Below are positions 27,265 through 35,725 of a stretch of 64,000 nt of DNA, piece by piece. Under the pieces are notes generated by a model. That model had not been told where the DNA came from. It was given only the letters and a program-made list of their open reading frames with translations, and ran no database searches. The DNA comes from Deltaproteobacteria bacterium (GTDB taxonomy: Bacteria; Desulfobacterota; Binatia; UTPRO1): contig JACQEO010000070.1 of NCBI GenBank assembly GCA_016200545.1, forward strand, positions 12,663 through 76,662, given 5' to 3'. A program made the position numbers and the translations under genes. How positions within the stretch are numbered: position 1 is the stretch's first letter; each line of letters opens with the position of its first letter.

Positions 27265-29157
27265 ATGAGCTTGCAGAGCCACGTCAGCGTCCCCATGGAC
27301 CGACAATCGCTAGCGACCGTGAAGGGCGTTCACGCGCCCGTGCTCGACTGGCACCTCGTCGCTGTCGGCCCCGCGACGCCGCTCTGGCAGCGGATCGTTG
27401 CCGTCATCGGGCTCGTGTTGCTGTCGCCGGTGATTCTCTTGGTCGGTCTCGCCACGAAATCGACGAGTCCGGGGACCATCCTCTACCGCGGGCAGCGCGT
27501 CGGCCGCGGCGGCGAGACGTTTACGATCTTCAAGTTTCGCACGCTCGAAGTGGGGGCGGAGCAGAAGATCGGCGCCCGGCTCCTCGAGCACGGCGACGGC
27601 CTTTACACGCGCATCGGACGCTATCTGAAACGCGCGAAGCTCGACGAGATCCCACAACTCTTCAACGTCGTGCGCGGCGAGATGAATCTCGTCGGGCCGC
27701 GTCCCGTGCGGCCGGTCTTTCTGGAGACGTTCTGCCGTGAGATCCCCGGCTACATGCGACGGTTCGCGGTGAACCCGGGCATGACCGGCCTCGCCCAGCT
27801 ACGAGGCGGCTACTTCACGCATCCGCGCGACAAGCTGCGCTACGACCTGATCTACATTCGCAACCACCGCTGGTTCTTGGACGTGCGGTTGGTGACGCTC
27901 ACGTTCATCAAGGTGCTGAACCGGTGGGCGACCCTGGGCGTCGTCTTGACCCTCCTCTTCCTCTCAGCGGCGTTGCTGCCCGGCCTCTTTCACTATCCGT
28001 TCCAGCTCGATCTCGGCAGCTTCAAGTTGAGTCCTTTCGAGATGCTGGTGGCGATCACGGCGGCGTGGCTGATCGTGCAGCGCTCACCGCGCCACGAGCT
28101 CTGCCTCTACACGACGCCGGTGAACCGGCCGATGGGGGTGTTCGTCTCCTTCGCCGTCCTCGCGGCGTTCTTCTCGACTGAGCCCGTCCCGGCGCTGCAA
28201 GGAGTCGCGTACTACGTCGCGACCGGGTTCTGTTTGACCTTCCTCATCGTCAATACACGGCTCACGCAGCGCGAAGCGAACCTGATCGCGACCGTCGTCG
28301 GGCTTTCGGCCGTGTCGGTTTCGCTCATCGGTCTGGTGCAGATCGGGCTCGAGAACCAGCTCGGCGCGCAGGGCGCGCCCCGCATGTCGTCGACGCTCGG
28401 CAACCCGGTGCTGCTCGCCACCTATCTCGTGCTCGGGCTCCCGTTCCTGGTGACGCAGTTGCTGCACAGCCGCACGCGCGAGCAGCGCGATCTCTGGGTC
28501 GCCTGCACGACGATCGCGCTGATCGGCGTCTTCCTGACGCACACCCGCATGGGTCTGGTCGCGTTGGTCGTGACCGCCAGCGTGTTTCTATGGAAGACCT
28601 CGCATCGCTACATCGGCATCCTCGCCCTCGCGGTCCCGATGGTCCTCGGCGTCATGCTCGTCGGCCGGGGGCTGCGCATGTCGGTGCCGGAGGTCACGGC
28701 CGAGGTGGCACGCCGCGGCGTGACCGCCGAGCACGTCTTCTCGGCACCGCCGCTCGAGCTGCTGCTCGGTGTCGGCAGCACGCGCCGGCTGGCGATGTCG
28801 CCGATCCCCGAGCAGGACGCACGCTGGATCTCGACCAGCATGCACTTGACGCTCATTCGGCAGAACGGTCTCATCGGCTGGGTGCTGATGCTGTGGGTGT
28901 TCGGCGCGGCGCTCGCGGCCCTCTATCGCGGCTACGAGGGCATCCACGATCCACACATGCGGCGGATCGTGTGGGCGATCTTCAGCTCGCTCGTGGGATT
29001 CGTCATCTCGATGACCGACGCCAACGTGTTTTTCAACGTCACCATCCAGATCTACGTCTGGGGCATGATCGGCGTCGGCATGGGCATCATCACGCACTTG
29101 AACGGCAAGCGTCCGACGTTCCATGTCCTCTGGCGTTTCGGTGAGCACGGAGACTGA
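27265..29157 (+). CDS. Fusion protein: priming phosphoglycosyl transferase (bacterial sugar transferase) plus O-antigen-ligase/Wzy-like membrane domain
   Basis: N-terminal about 220 aa carry ILYRGQRVGRGGETFTIFKFRTL, LDEIPQLFNVVRGEMNLVGPRP and PGMTGLAQL. The C-terminal about 400 aa are polytopic, with LTHTRMGLVALVVTASVFLW (Wzy_C-like). Confidence 0.8.
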   Translation: MSLQSHVSVPMDRQSLATVKGVHAPVLDWHLVAVGPATPLWQRIVAVIGLVLLSPVILLVGLATKSTSPGTILYRGQRVGRGGETFTIFKFRTLEVGAEQKIGARLLEHGDGLYTRIGRYLKRAKLDEIPQLFNVVRGEMNLVGPRPVRPVFLETFCREIPGYMRRFAVNPGMTGLAQLRGGYFTHPRDKLRYDLIYIRNHRWFLDVRLVTLTFIKVLNRWATLGVVLTLLFLSAALLPGLFHYPFQLDLGSFKLSPFEMLVAITAAWLIVQRSPRHELCLYTTPVNRPMGVFVSFAVLAAFFSTEPVPALQGVAYYVATGFCLTFLIVNTRLTQREANLIATVVGLSAVSVSLIGLVQIGLENQLGAQGAPRMSSTLGNPVLLATYLVLGLPFLVTQLLHSRTREQRDLWVACTTIALIGVFLTHTRMGLVALVVTASVFLWKTSHRYIGILALAVPMVLGVMLVGRGLRMSVPEVTAEVARRGVTAEHVFSAPPLELLLGVGSTRRLAMSPIPEQDARWISTSMHLTLIRQNGLIGWVLMLWVFGAALAALYRGYEGIHDPHMRRIVWAIFSSLVGFVISMTDANVFFNVTIQIYVWGMIGVGMGIITHLNGKRPTFHVLWRFGEHGD

Positions 29158-29245
29158 TCGTGATCGACGACGAGAACGAGAAGCGCTCCATGGACACTGC
29201 ACGAACGGACGCGACCGAGGCCGCCGCTGCCCCGGAGTGGTCACG

Positions 29246-30286
29246 ATGAGCATGCCGGAGCGTCGCGACGCGGGCGGCCGTCCACAGGCCGCGCTGCGCA
29301 TCTCCGTGGTCATGCCGGTCTACAACGCGGAGCGCCTCCTCGGGGAGTGTCTGGCGGCGTTGCGTGCCAGCGAGGGCGCGGACTACGAGATCCTGATCGT
29401 CGACGATAGCTCGACCGATCGCTCGCGTGAGATTGCCGCCGCAGCCGGCTGCCGCGTGGTGCCGAGTGGCGGTCGGCTCGGGCCGGCGGGCGCGCGCAAT
29501 CGCGGCGCCAACGAGGCGAGCGGCGACATCGTCTTCTTCGTCGACTCCGATGTCATCGTGCGGCCGGATACGCTCCATAGGGTCGGCGCGGCGTTCGCCG
29601 CCGACGTGACGCTCGACGGCGTCATCGCGGTGCAGGCGCCGGCGATGCGTTTTCGGAACGCGTGCAGCCGCTACAAGAACATGTGGATGTACTATACGCA
29701 CGTGCGGAAGGCGGGCGAGGACGTCTCGCTCTTCTACACCACCGCTGCGGCGATCCGGCGCCAAGTGTTCTTCGACTCGGGCGGATTCGACGTCAACTAT
29801 ACGAACCCGAACATCGAGGACACCGACTTCGGGCAGAAGCTCGCCCGGCTCGGGTACCGTGTTCGGATACTTCCGGACCTCGAGGTCGAGCACGTGAAGG
29901 GCTATGACCTTCCCGGTCTCCTGCGCACCGACTTCTTGCGCGCCATGTCCCTCGCCCGTCTGAAGCTTCGCAAGCGCGCCGACACCATCGGGACCAACGA
30001 CACCTCCGTGCCGACCGGCTACATCGTCAGCATGCCCCTCGCCTGGCTCGCCGCCGCGCTCCTCCTGGCCGCGCTGGCTACAGGCAGCAAGGCAGCGCTC
30101 ATCGGAACATTTCTCGTGCTCGCGGTCGTTTTCGTGCTAAACGTACCATTCCTGCGCCTCCTGCGGATTCACGGCGGCCCCGCCAGCTGGGCGCTGGGGA
30201 CGGGTATTCTTCTCGTCGAGTTGCTGACCGCCGGAGTCGGCGGCGCGTACGGTATCGCGACTTTCATCGCCGGAAAGAAGTACTAG
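29246..30286 (+). CDS. Glycosyltransferase family 2 with C-terminal TM segments
   Basis: In-frame ATG 29246. ISVVMPVYNAERLL, IVDDSSTDRS, FFVDSDV (DXD). Confidence 0.85.
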   Translation: MSMPERRDAGGRPQAALRISVVMPVYNAERLLGECLAALRASEGADYEILIVDDSSTDRSREIAAAAGCRVVPSGGRLGPAGARNRGANEASGDIVFFVDSDVIVRPDTLHRVGAAFAADVTLDGVIAVQAPAMRFRNACSRYKNMWMYYTHVRKAGEDVSLFYTTAAAIRRQVFFDSGGFDVNYTNPNIEDTDFGQKLARLGYRVRILPDLEVEHVKGYDLPGLLRTDFLRAMSLARLKLRKRADTIGTNDTSVPTGYIVSMPLAWLAAALLLAALATGSKAALIGTFLVLAVVFVLNVPFLRLLRIHGGPASWALGTGILLVELLTAGVGGAYGIATFIAGKKY

Positions 30287-30299
30287 GAGGATTTCCCAG

Positions 30300-31598
30300 A
30301 TGGGTTACCTGGACTACCTGCGTCACGGGAAGAACATGTTTTCGAAGAAGGGCGCCATGCCGGTCTACATGGTGTACTTCATCACCGACGCCTGCAACGC
30401 CAAGTGCAAGCATTGCCTCCTCGCCGACGGCGCGCATCCCGGCTGGGAGACGCCGACGATGGAGTTCAAGCGCAAGGAGCTCACGCTCGAAGAGGTCGAC
30501 AAGGTCACTGCGAGCATGGGCAAGAGCCTCATGTTCCTTCTGCCGACTGGCGGCGAGCCGTTCCTGCGCAAGGACATCGGTGAGATCGTCAAGATCTTCT
30601 ACAAGAACACCGGCGTGCGGAACGTCGGCATCCCAACCAACGGCAGCACCACCTCACGGACGCTGAAGATCGTCGAGGACGTGCTCAAGTCGTGCCCCGA
30701 TCTCGACTTCGGCATCGACGTGTCGCTCGACGGCATCGGCGCGCTGCACGACGAGATCCGCGTCTTCCCGGGCCTCTTCGAGCGCTCGATCCAGACCTAT
30801 CGCGAGCTGAAGAAGCTCTCGAAGCACTACCCGAAGCTCAACGTCAACGTCGAGACGACGGTCTCGTCGCACAACGACAAGCATCTCTTCGAGAACTACG
30901 AGTACTTCCGCCGTGAGCTCCAAGTCGACAATGTCTTCACCTTGCTCACGCGCGGCAGCCCCAAAGAGTCGATCGCGAAGTTCTTCGACGTGAAGCGATA
31001 CGAAGAGTACGCCGACGTCATCGAGAAGGACATGAAGAGCGGCGCGCTCTCCGGGTACAACACGTTCCCCTTCGCCGATTTCATCAACGCCAAGCGGATC
31101 GTGCGGCATCGGCTGATCGCCGAGATCGCGAAGACGAACACCTACCAGATCCCGTGCTATGCCGGCAGCCTCGGCTCCTGCATGTTCGCCAACGGCGACA
31201 TCTATCCCTGCGAGCTCCTCATCGATCGCAAGCTCGGGAACGTCCGCGAGAGCGGCTACGACTTCAAGAAGATCTGGTACGGTAAGAAGGCCGACGAAGC
31301 GCGGACGTTCATTCGTGACACCAAGTGCTTCTGCACCTACGAGTGCTTCCTCACCGTCAATATCCTCTTCAATCCGCGCATGATGCCGAAGATCCTGCGG
31401 GAGTGGGGCAGCCTGAAGATGCGCAAAGCGCTCCGTAAGCTGACCGGGACGAAGGTGACCGAGTCGGCCGTCGGCGCCCACGGCGGCAAGGGCCACGCCT
31501 GCATCAACGGCGCCATTCAGCAGCACAACGCCACGTTGCTTAACGGCGCCGCGCAGCCGAACGGTGCGATCAAGCCGGAGGAAGAGGCGCGGCTGTAG
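30300..31598 (+). CDS. Radical SAM enzyme with SPASM/twitch-like C-terminal Cys cluster
   Basis: CX3CX2C = ITDACNAKCKHC. Downstream Cys cluster is CYAGSLGSCMFANGDIYPCE...CFCTYEC. Lys-rich and visibly lower GC (about 55% in sampled 60-nt stretches versus about 68% next door). Confidence 0.85.
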   Translation: MGYLDYLRHGKNMFSKKGAMPVYMVYFITDACNAKCKHCLLADGAHPGWETPTMEFKRKELTLEEVDKVTASMGKSLMFLLPTGGEPFLRKDIGEIVKIFYKNTGVRNVGIPTNGSTTSRTLKIVEDVLKSCPDLDFGIDVSLDGIGALHDEIRVFPGLFERSIQTYRELKKLSKHYPKLNVNVETTVSSHNDKHLFENYEYFRRELQVDNVFTLLTRGSPKESIAKFFDVKRYEEYADVIEKDMKSGALSGYNTFPFADFINAKRIVRHRLIAEIAKTNTYQIPCYAGSLGSCMFANGDIYPCELLIDRKLGNVRESGYDFKKIWYGKKADEARTFIRDTKCFCTYECFLTVNILFNPRMMPKILREWGSLKMRKALRKLTGTKVTESAVGAHGGKGHACINGAIQQHNATLLNGAAQPNGAIKPEEEARL

Positions 31599-31715
31599 TC
31601 GCAAGTCTATGCAACGTTTCCGTGAACGGTTTTTGGTAGCGTCCACGTAGCCGCGGCGCAACGCCGCCATTCCCTGACCCGGCGGCCGGCAATTCGCCGG
31701 CCCATTGGAGGCCCC

Positions 31716-32477
31716 ATGTACCGAGGTAAGCGCATCTCCGTGGTCATCCCGTGCCACAATGAGGAGGAGGGGATCGTCGCCGTGCTCGACCAGATGCCGG
31801 CGATCGTCGACGAGGTGGTGGTGGTGGACAACTGCTCGACTGACGGCACCGCCAAAGTGGCGACCGAGCACGGCGCGTGCGTCGTGCGCGAGAACCGCAA
31901 GGGCTACGGCTACGCGCACAAGGCCGGTTACGCGGCGGCGCGCGGCGACATCATCATCACGATGGACGGCGACAGGACGTATCCGCCCGACAGTGTGCCG
32001 CTCCTTCTCTACGTAATGTTCGAGGAGAAGGTCGACTTCATCACGGCGCGGCGCTGGTACTCGAAGGCCGGTGACACGAAAAGCCCCATCCGGCTGCTCG
32101 GCAACGCCATTCTCTCCGGCACGATGATGGCGCTCTACTTTAGATTTATCATCGACTCACAGTCCGGCATGTGGCTCTTCAGGAAGGAGATCCTCGCCGA
32201 CCTCGACCTGACGAGCAACGGCATGGCGCTCTCCGAGGAGATCAAAATCGAGGCGTTCACGCACCCCTCAGTCCGCGCCATCGAAATCCCGATCTACTAT
32301 GGCCAGCGCGTCGGCACATCGAAGCTCAACATCTGGCGCGACGGCTTCTATAATTTCTTCTTCCTGGTGAAGAAGCGGTTCACGTTGCGCAAGAAGCAGC
32401 CGCGTCTGCGCACGCTCGCGCCGGTGCGAACCGCGGAACTCGAGCAGCCGGAGCGTCGCGCGGGCGGGCTCGGCTGA
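31716..32477 (+). CDS. GT2 polyprenyl-phosphate glycosyltransferase (DPM1/ArnC/GtrB-like)
   Basis: ISVVIPCHNEEEGI, VVVDNCSTDGT, IITMDGDRTYP. GGAGG lies 5 nt upstream. Confidence 0.8.
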   Translation: MYRGKRISVVIPCHNEEEGIVAVLDQMPAIVDEVVVVDNCSTDGTAKVATEHGACVVRENRKGYGYAHKAGYAAARGDIIITMDGDRTYPPDSVPLLLYVMFEEKVDFITARRWYSKAGDTKSPIRLLGNAILSGTMMALYFRFIIDSQSGMWLFRKEILADLDLTSNGMALSEEIKIEAFTHPSVRAIEIPIYYGQRVGTSKLNIWRDGFYNFFFLVKKRFTLRKKQPRLRTLAPVRTAELEQPERRAGGLG

Positions 32478-32521
32478 TCGGGTGAGGAGGGCGACGCTCC
32501 GATCCTCGCCCTCGGGTGGAT

Positions 32522-33124
32522 ATGGCGTTTCCGATCGCACACGCGACCGCGGGGTATCTGGTGTACCGCCTGGACCCGAGGCGCGCCCGCGGCACGTGGC
32601 CGCGGGCGCTGGCGTTCATGGCGATCGCCAACGTGCCCGACGTCGACTTCCTCGTCGGATTTCTGTTCGGACGTCCCGGGGCGTTCCACCGCGGTATCAG
32701 CCATACCGTTCTCGCGGCGCTGGTCTTCGGTGCGCTCGCCGGGACGTTCACGTGGTGGCGACGGAAGGACCGCTGGTGGCCCGCGACGCTGCTGTGTGCG
32801 GCCGCGTACGGGTCGCACCTGCTCGTCGACGCTTTCACCAGCGATCTTCGCGACGCGGCCGGCGCGCAGTTCTTCTGGCCGCTCTCGGACGCGTACTACA
32901 TCTCCCCGGTGACGATCTTCAACGGGATGTTCCTCGACGGTGACTCGCGGAGCAGCTTCATCTCGAGCATCGTGGCGTGGCCGACCGTTTGGCTTCTCGC
33001 CTACGAGGTGCTCGTCGCGGGCGTCGTGGTAGTGTTGCTGCGCGTGCTCGACGTGGTGCAAGCACGCGAACCGGCATGCGAACCGATGGTCGCGGAATTC
33101 GGTCGTGAAGAGGAGCTCACCTGA
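32522..33124 (+). CDS. Membrane-bound metal-dependent hydrolase (DUF457/YdjM-like)
   Basis: MAFPIAHATAGYL..NVPDVDFLVG..HRGISHTVLAAL, with several TM segments. Confidence 0.6.
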   Translation: MAFPIAHATAGYLVYRLDPRRARGTWPRALAFMAIANVPDVDFLVGFLFGRPGAFHRGISHTVLAALVFGALAGTFTWWRRKDRWWPATLLCAAAYGSHLLVDAFTSDLRDAAGAQFFWPLSDAYYISPVTIFNGMFLDGDSRSSFISSIVAWPTVWLLAYEVLVAGVVVVLLRVLDVVQAREPACEPMVAEFGREEELT

Positions 33125-33129
33125 TTCGG

Positions 33130-33681
33130 ATGTGGCCGCTCGTGGTCTACGTCGGGCTCGTGCTCGCGCTCTTCGTTCGCTTCCACGAGGCCGCCCGGAC
33201 ACGTCGCGCCGCGCCCATGGTCGCCAGCGCGGCCGACGTGCGCCTGGTGCGACACCAGCATCGAGTCTTCTACGCGCTGCTGCTCGCGGCGCCGCTCGAA
33301 TGGTGGTGGCGTGGGCGACCGTCTGGGTGGTCGCAGGTCGCAGGTGCGGCACTGTTTCTTGCCGGTGTGCTCGGCTATCGCGCAGCGGGCGGTGCGCTCG
33401 GGGAACAGCTTTCGCCGCTGCTCGCGCCGCGTGAGCCGGCGCGATTGATCGATCGTGGCCTCTACGGCCGGCTCCGTCACCCAATGTATCTCGCCGAATT
33501 GACGATGGCCGTCGGTGCGCCATGGACGCTCGCGGCGTCAGCGACGGCGGTCCTCGCGCTGGCATTCGCCGCCGTCCTCGTGCGGCGGATGGCGCTCGAG
33601 GAGCGCGTCCTGCGTGCCCGCTTGCCGGAGTACGTTGCCTACGCGGCGCGAACGTATCGGTTGATTCCCTATGTCTACTGA
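33130..33681 (+). CDS. Isoprenylcysteine carboxyl methyltransferase (ICMT/PEMT) family membrane methyltransferase
   Basis: Polytopic. C-terminal signature LIDRGLYGRLRHPMYLAELTMAVG. Confidence 0.7.
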   Translation: MWPLVVYVGLVLALFVRFHEAARTRRAAPMVASAADVRLVRHQHRVFYALLLAAPLEWWWRGRPSGWSQVAGAALFLAGVLGYRAAGGALGEQLSPLLAPREPARLIDRGLYGRLRHPMYLAELTMAVGAPWTLAASATAVLALAFAAVLVRRMALEERVLRARLPEYVAYAARTYRLIPYVY

Positions 33682-33802
33682 TGCGCGCGGCAGCGAGAAA
33701 CCTGCCGCGCCCGTCGATCGTCCGCCGCTCGCGGCGGTGCTCGTCGTTGTCGGTTGGGCGGCTGTCGTATACGGCTGCTACCTCGTCGGGTATCTCCGCT
33801 AG
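33671..33802 (+). CDS. Candidate 43-aa single-TM peptide (not in ORF track)
   Basis: ATG 33671 overlaps the end of the ICMT gene. Its TAG (33800-33802) abuts the ATG of the next gene at 33803. Translation is MSTDARGSEKPAAPVDRPPLAAVLVVVGWAAVVYGCYLVGYLR. Third-position GC is fairly high. Confidence 0.4.
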   Translation: MSTDARGSEKPAAPVDRPPLAAVLVVVGWAAVVYGCYLVGYLR

Positions 33803-35725
33803 ATGGCCGATCTCGGTACGCTCGCGGTACTGCTCCTCATCGCGCTCGGCGTCGGCCGGCGCTTGCTCAAGGCGGTGCCATTCGAGTGGGCGCTCGAGGA
33901 AGCGCTCTTCGCGATCGCGCTCGGGCTAGCCCTTCTCGGCTACGCGACGCTCGCCCTCGGCGAGGCGGGGCTGCTCGGCCGGCCGGCGCTGATCGGCCTG
34001 CTCGCGGTCGGCGCGATGTTCGGCTGGCGCGAGATCGTCGCCGGCGGTGCGCAAGGCGCGCGCGGGCTCCGCCGCTGGTGGACTGCGTCGCGGAGCCATA
34101 GCGAGCACGCGGCGATCGTCCTCGGCGCGCTCGTCATCGCCGGCGAGCTGGTGATGGCGTTCGCGCCACCCGTCGGTGGCGATCAGACGAAGTACCAGCT
34201 CGTGTATCCGCGCCTCTGGGCGGAAGCACATCGGGTGGTGGCAACGCCGTGGAGCTTCTGGGGCTACTTCCAGTACCTGATGAACCTGATCTTCGCGGCG
34301 GCATTCGTGCTCCGCGGCGACGTGCTGGCGCGCCTCCTGAACGACGCCTACGGCATCCTATTGACGCTCGCGGTATTCGCCCTCGGGCGGCGCGCGTTCT
34401 CGCGCCAGACGGGGGTGTGGGCGGCGCTGCTCTTCCTCACCATGCCGCTCACCGCGACCCTCATGATCCGGGCGTGGGTCGAGTTCGCGGTCACCCTCTA
34501 CGTCGTTCTCGCGTTCGTGGCGGTGATGGCGTGGCGGCAATCGGAATCGGGTTCGTGGCTCGCGCTCGCGGCCGTGATGGGGGGATTGGCGGGGGCGACG
34601 AAGTTCATCGGGCTGCTCCAGCCGCTGATTCTCGGCTTGGTGATTGCGGCGCACCTGCTCCGTCGCGGCGGCCTTCGAGCGCTGCGGTCGGCGGTCGTCA
34701 CGACGATCGGCTTCGGGCTCGTGGCGGGCCTCGTCGCATCGCCGTGCTATCTCCGGAACGCGGTCGAGACCGGCAACCCGATCTACCCGAACGGCTACGG
34801 TGTCTTCGGCGGCCGCAACTGGAGCGCCGACGCGACGCACGGGCTCGACGTGTACTACGCCACGTATCGCGAGACGCAGGCGGCGAAGCGCGGTACACAC
34901 GCCTACCATACCTGGTGGGAGAAGCTACGATTCCCGTGGGATCTGACGATGGCGCCGCAGTCGTTCGAGGAGTCGGGTCGGTCGGCGTACGACGTCGGGC
35001 CGTTCCTGCTGGCGTTCGTTCCGGGTCTCCTCCTCGTGCGGCGCGCGCCGCAGACGTGGCTGCTGGTCGGCGTGGCGGTCGCCTACGCGCTCATCGTCAT
35101 GTTCGGAATATGGCCGCATCCGCGCTACGTGCATCCGACACTCCCGCTGCTCCTGGTCGTCGCCGTCGAGGCGACGGCATCGCTGCGGGCGTTCGGACCG
35201 TGGGCGGCACGCGCGGTGACGGCGCTCCTCGCAGTCACCGTGCTCATGCAGACGGTGCTCACGGCGCGCGTCGTGGCGCCGCTCTGGTCCGACAGTGCAC
35301 GGGTTGCATTCGGACAAATGACGCCGGACGCGTTCCTGCGGCGCAACGAGCGCCACTACGCGCTCGCCTCGCTGGTGCAGGCGCAGGTGCCGCCCGACGG
35401 AAACGTGCTCGTCCTCGGGATGGTGCTCCATCCGTACTACTATGTCGGTCGCCCGTTCACGCTCGGGAGTCCACTCGATCAGGAGGCCATCGACTACCGG
35501 CGCATGCAGACCTTCGACGACTTTCTCACCGTCGTTCAACGCCTCGGAATCACCCACGTAGTGCGCGAAACCGAGCCGGACAAGCCCGCGACGAATCCCG
35601 TTGGTGATCGGGTGCTGCGGTTCTGGGACACGCTCGTCGCGCGATCCGAAAAGCTCGGCGAGAACGAAGGCGGGGCACTCTATCGGCTCACGCCGGCGGT
35701 CGCGCGCGCCGAGGGTGGGGTATGA
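33803..35725 (+). CDS. GT-C fold membrane glycosyltransferase (ArnT/PMT_2, GT39/GT83-like) with C-terminal soluble domain
   Basis: 640 aa. About 11 TM segments in the N-terminal 450 aa, with the typical early loop (GGDQTKYQLVYPRLW) and PMT_2-like spacing. Confidence 0.6.
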   Translation: MADLGTLAVLLLIALGVGRRLLKAVPFEWALEEALFAIALGLALLGYATLALGEAGLLGRPALIGLLAVGAMFGWREIVAGGAQGARGLRRWWTASRSHSEHAAIVLGALVIAGELVMAFAPPVGGDQTKYQLVYPRLWAEAHRVVATPWSFWGYFQYLMNLIFAAAFVLRGDVLARLLNDAYGILLTLAVFALGRRAFSRQTGVWAALLFLTMPLTATLMIRAWVEFAVTLYVVLAFVAVMAWRQSESGSWLALAAVMGGLAGATKFIGLLQPLILGLVIAAHLLRRGGLRALRSAVVTTIGFGLVAGLVASPCYLRNAVETGNPIYPNGYGVFGGRNWSADATHGLDVYYATYRETQAAKRGTHAYHTWWEKLRFPWDLTMAPQSFEESGRSAYDVGPFLLAFVPGLLLVRRAPQTWLLVGVAVAYALIVMFGIWPHPRYVHPTLPLLLVVAVEATASLRAFGPWAARAVTALLAVTVLMQTVLTARVVAPLWSDSARVAFGQMTPDAFLRRNERHYALASLVQAQVPPDGNVLVLGMVLHPYYYVGRPFTLGSPLDQEAIDYRRMQTFDDFLTVVQRLGITHVVRETEPDKPATNPVGDRVLRFWDTLVARSEKLGENEGGALYRLTPAVARAEGGV

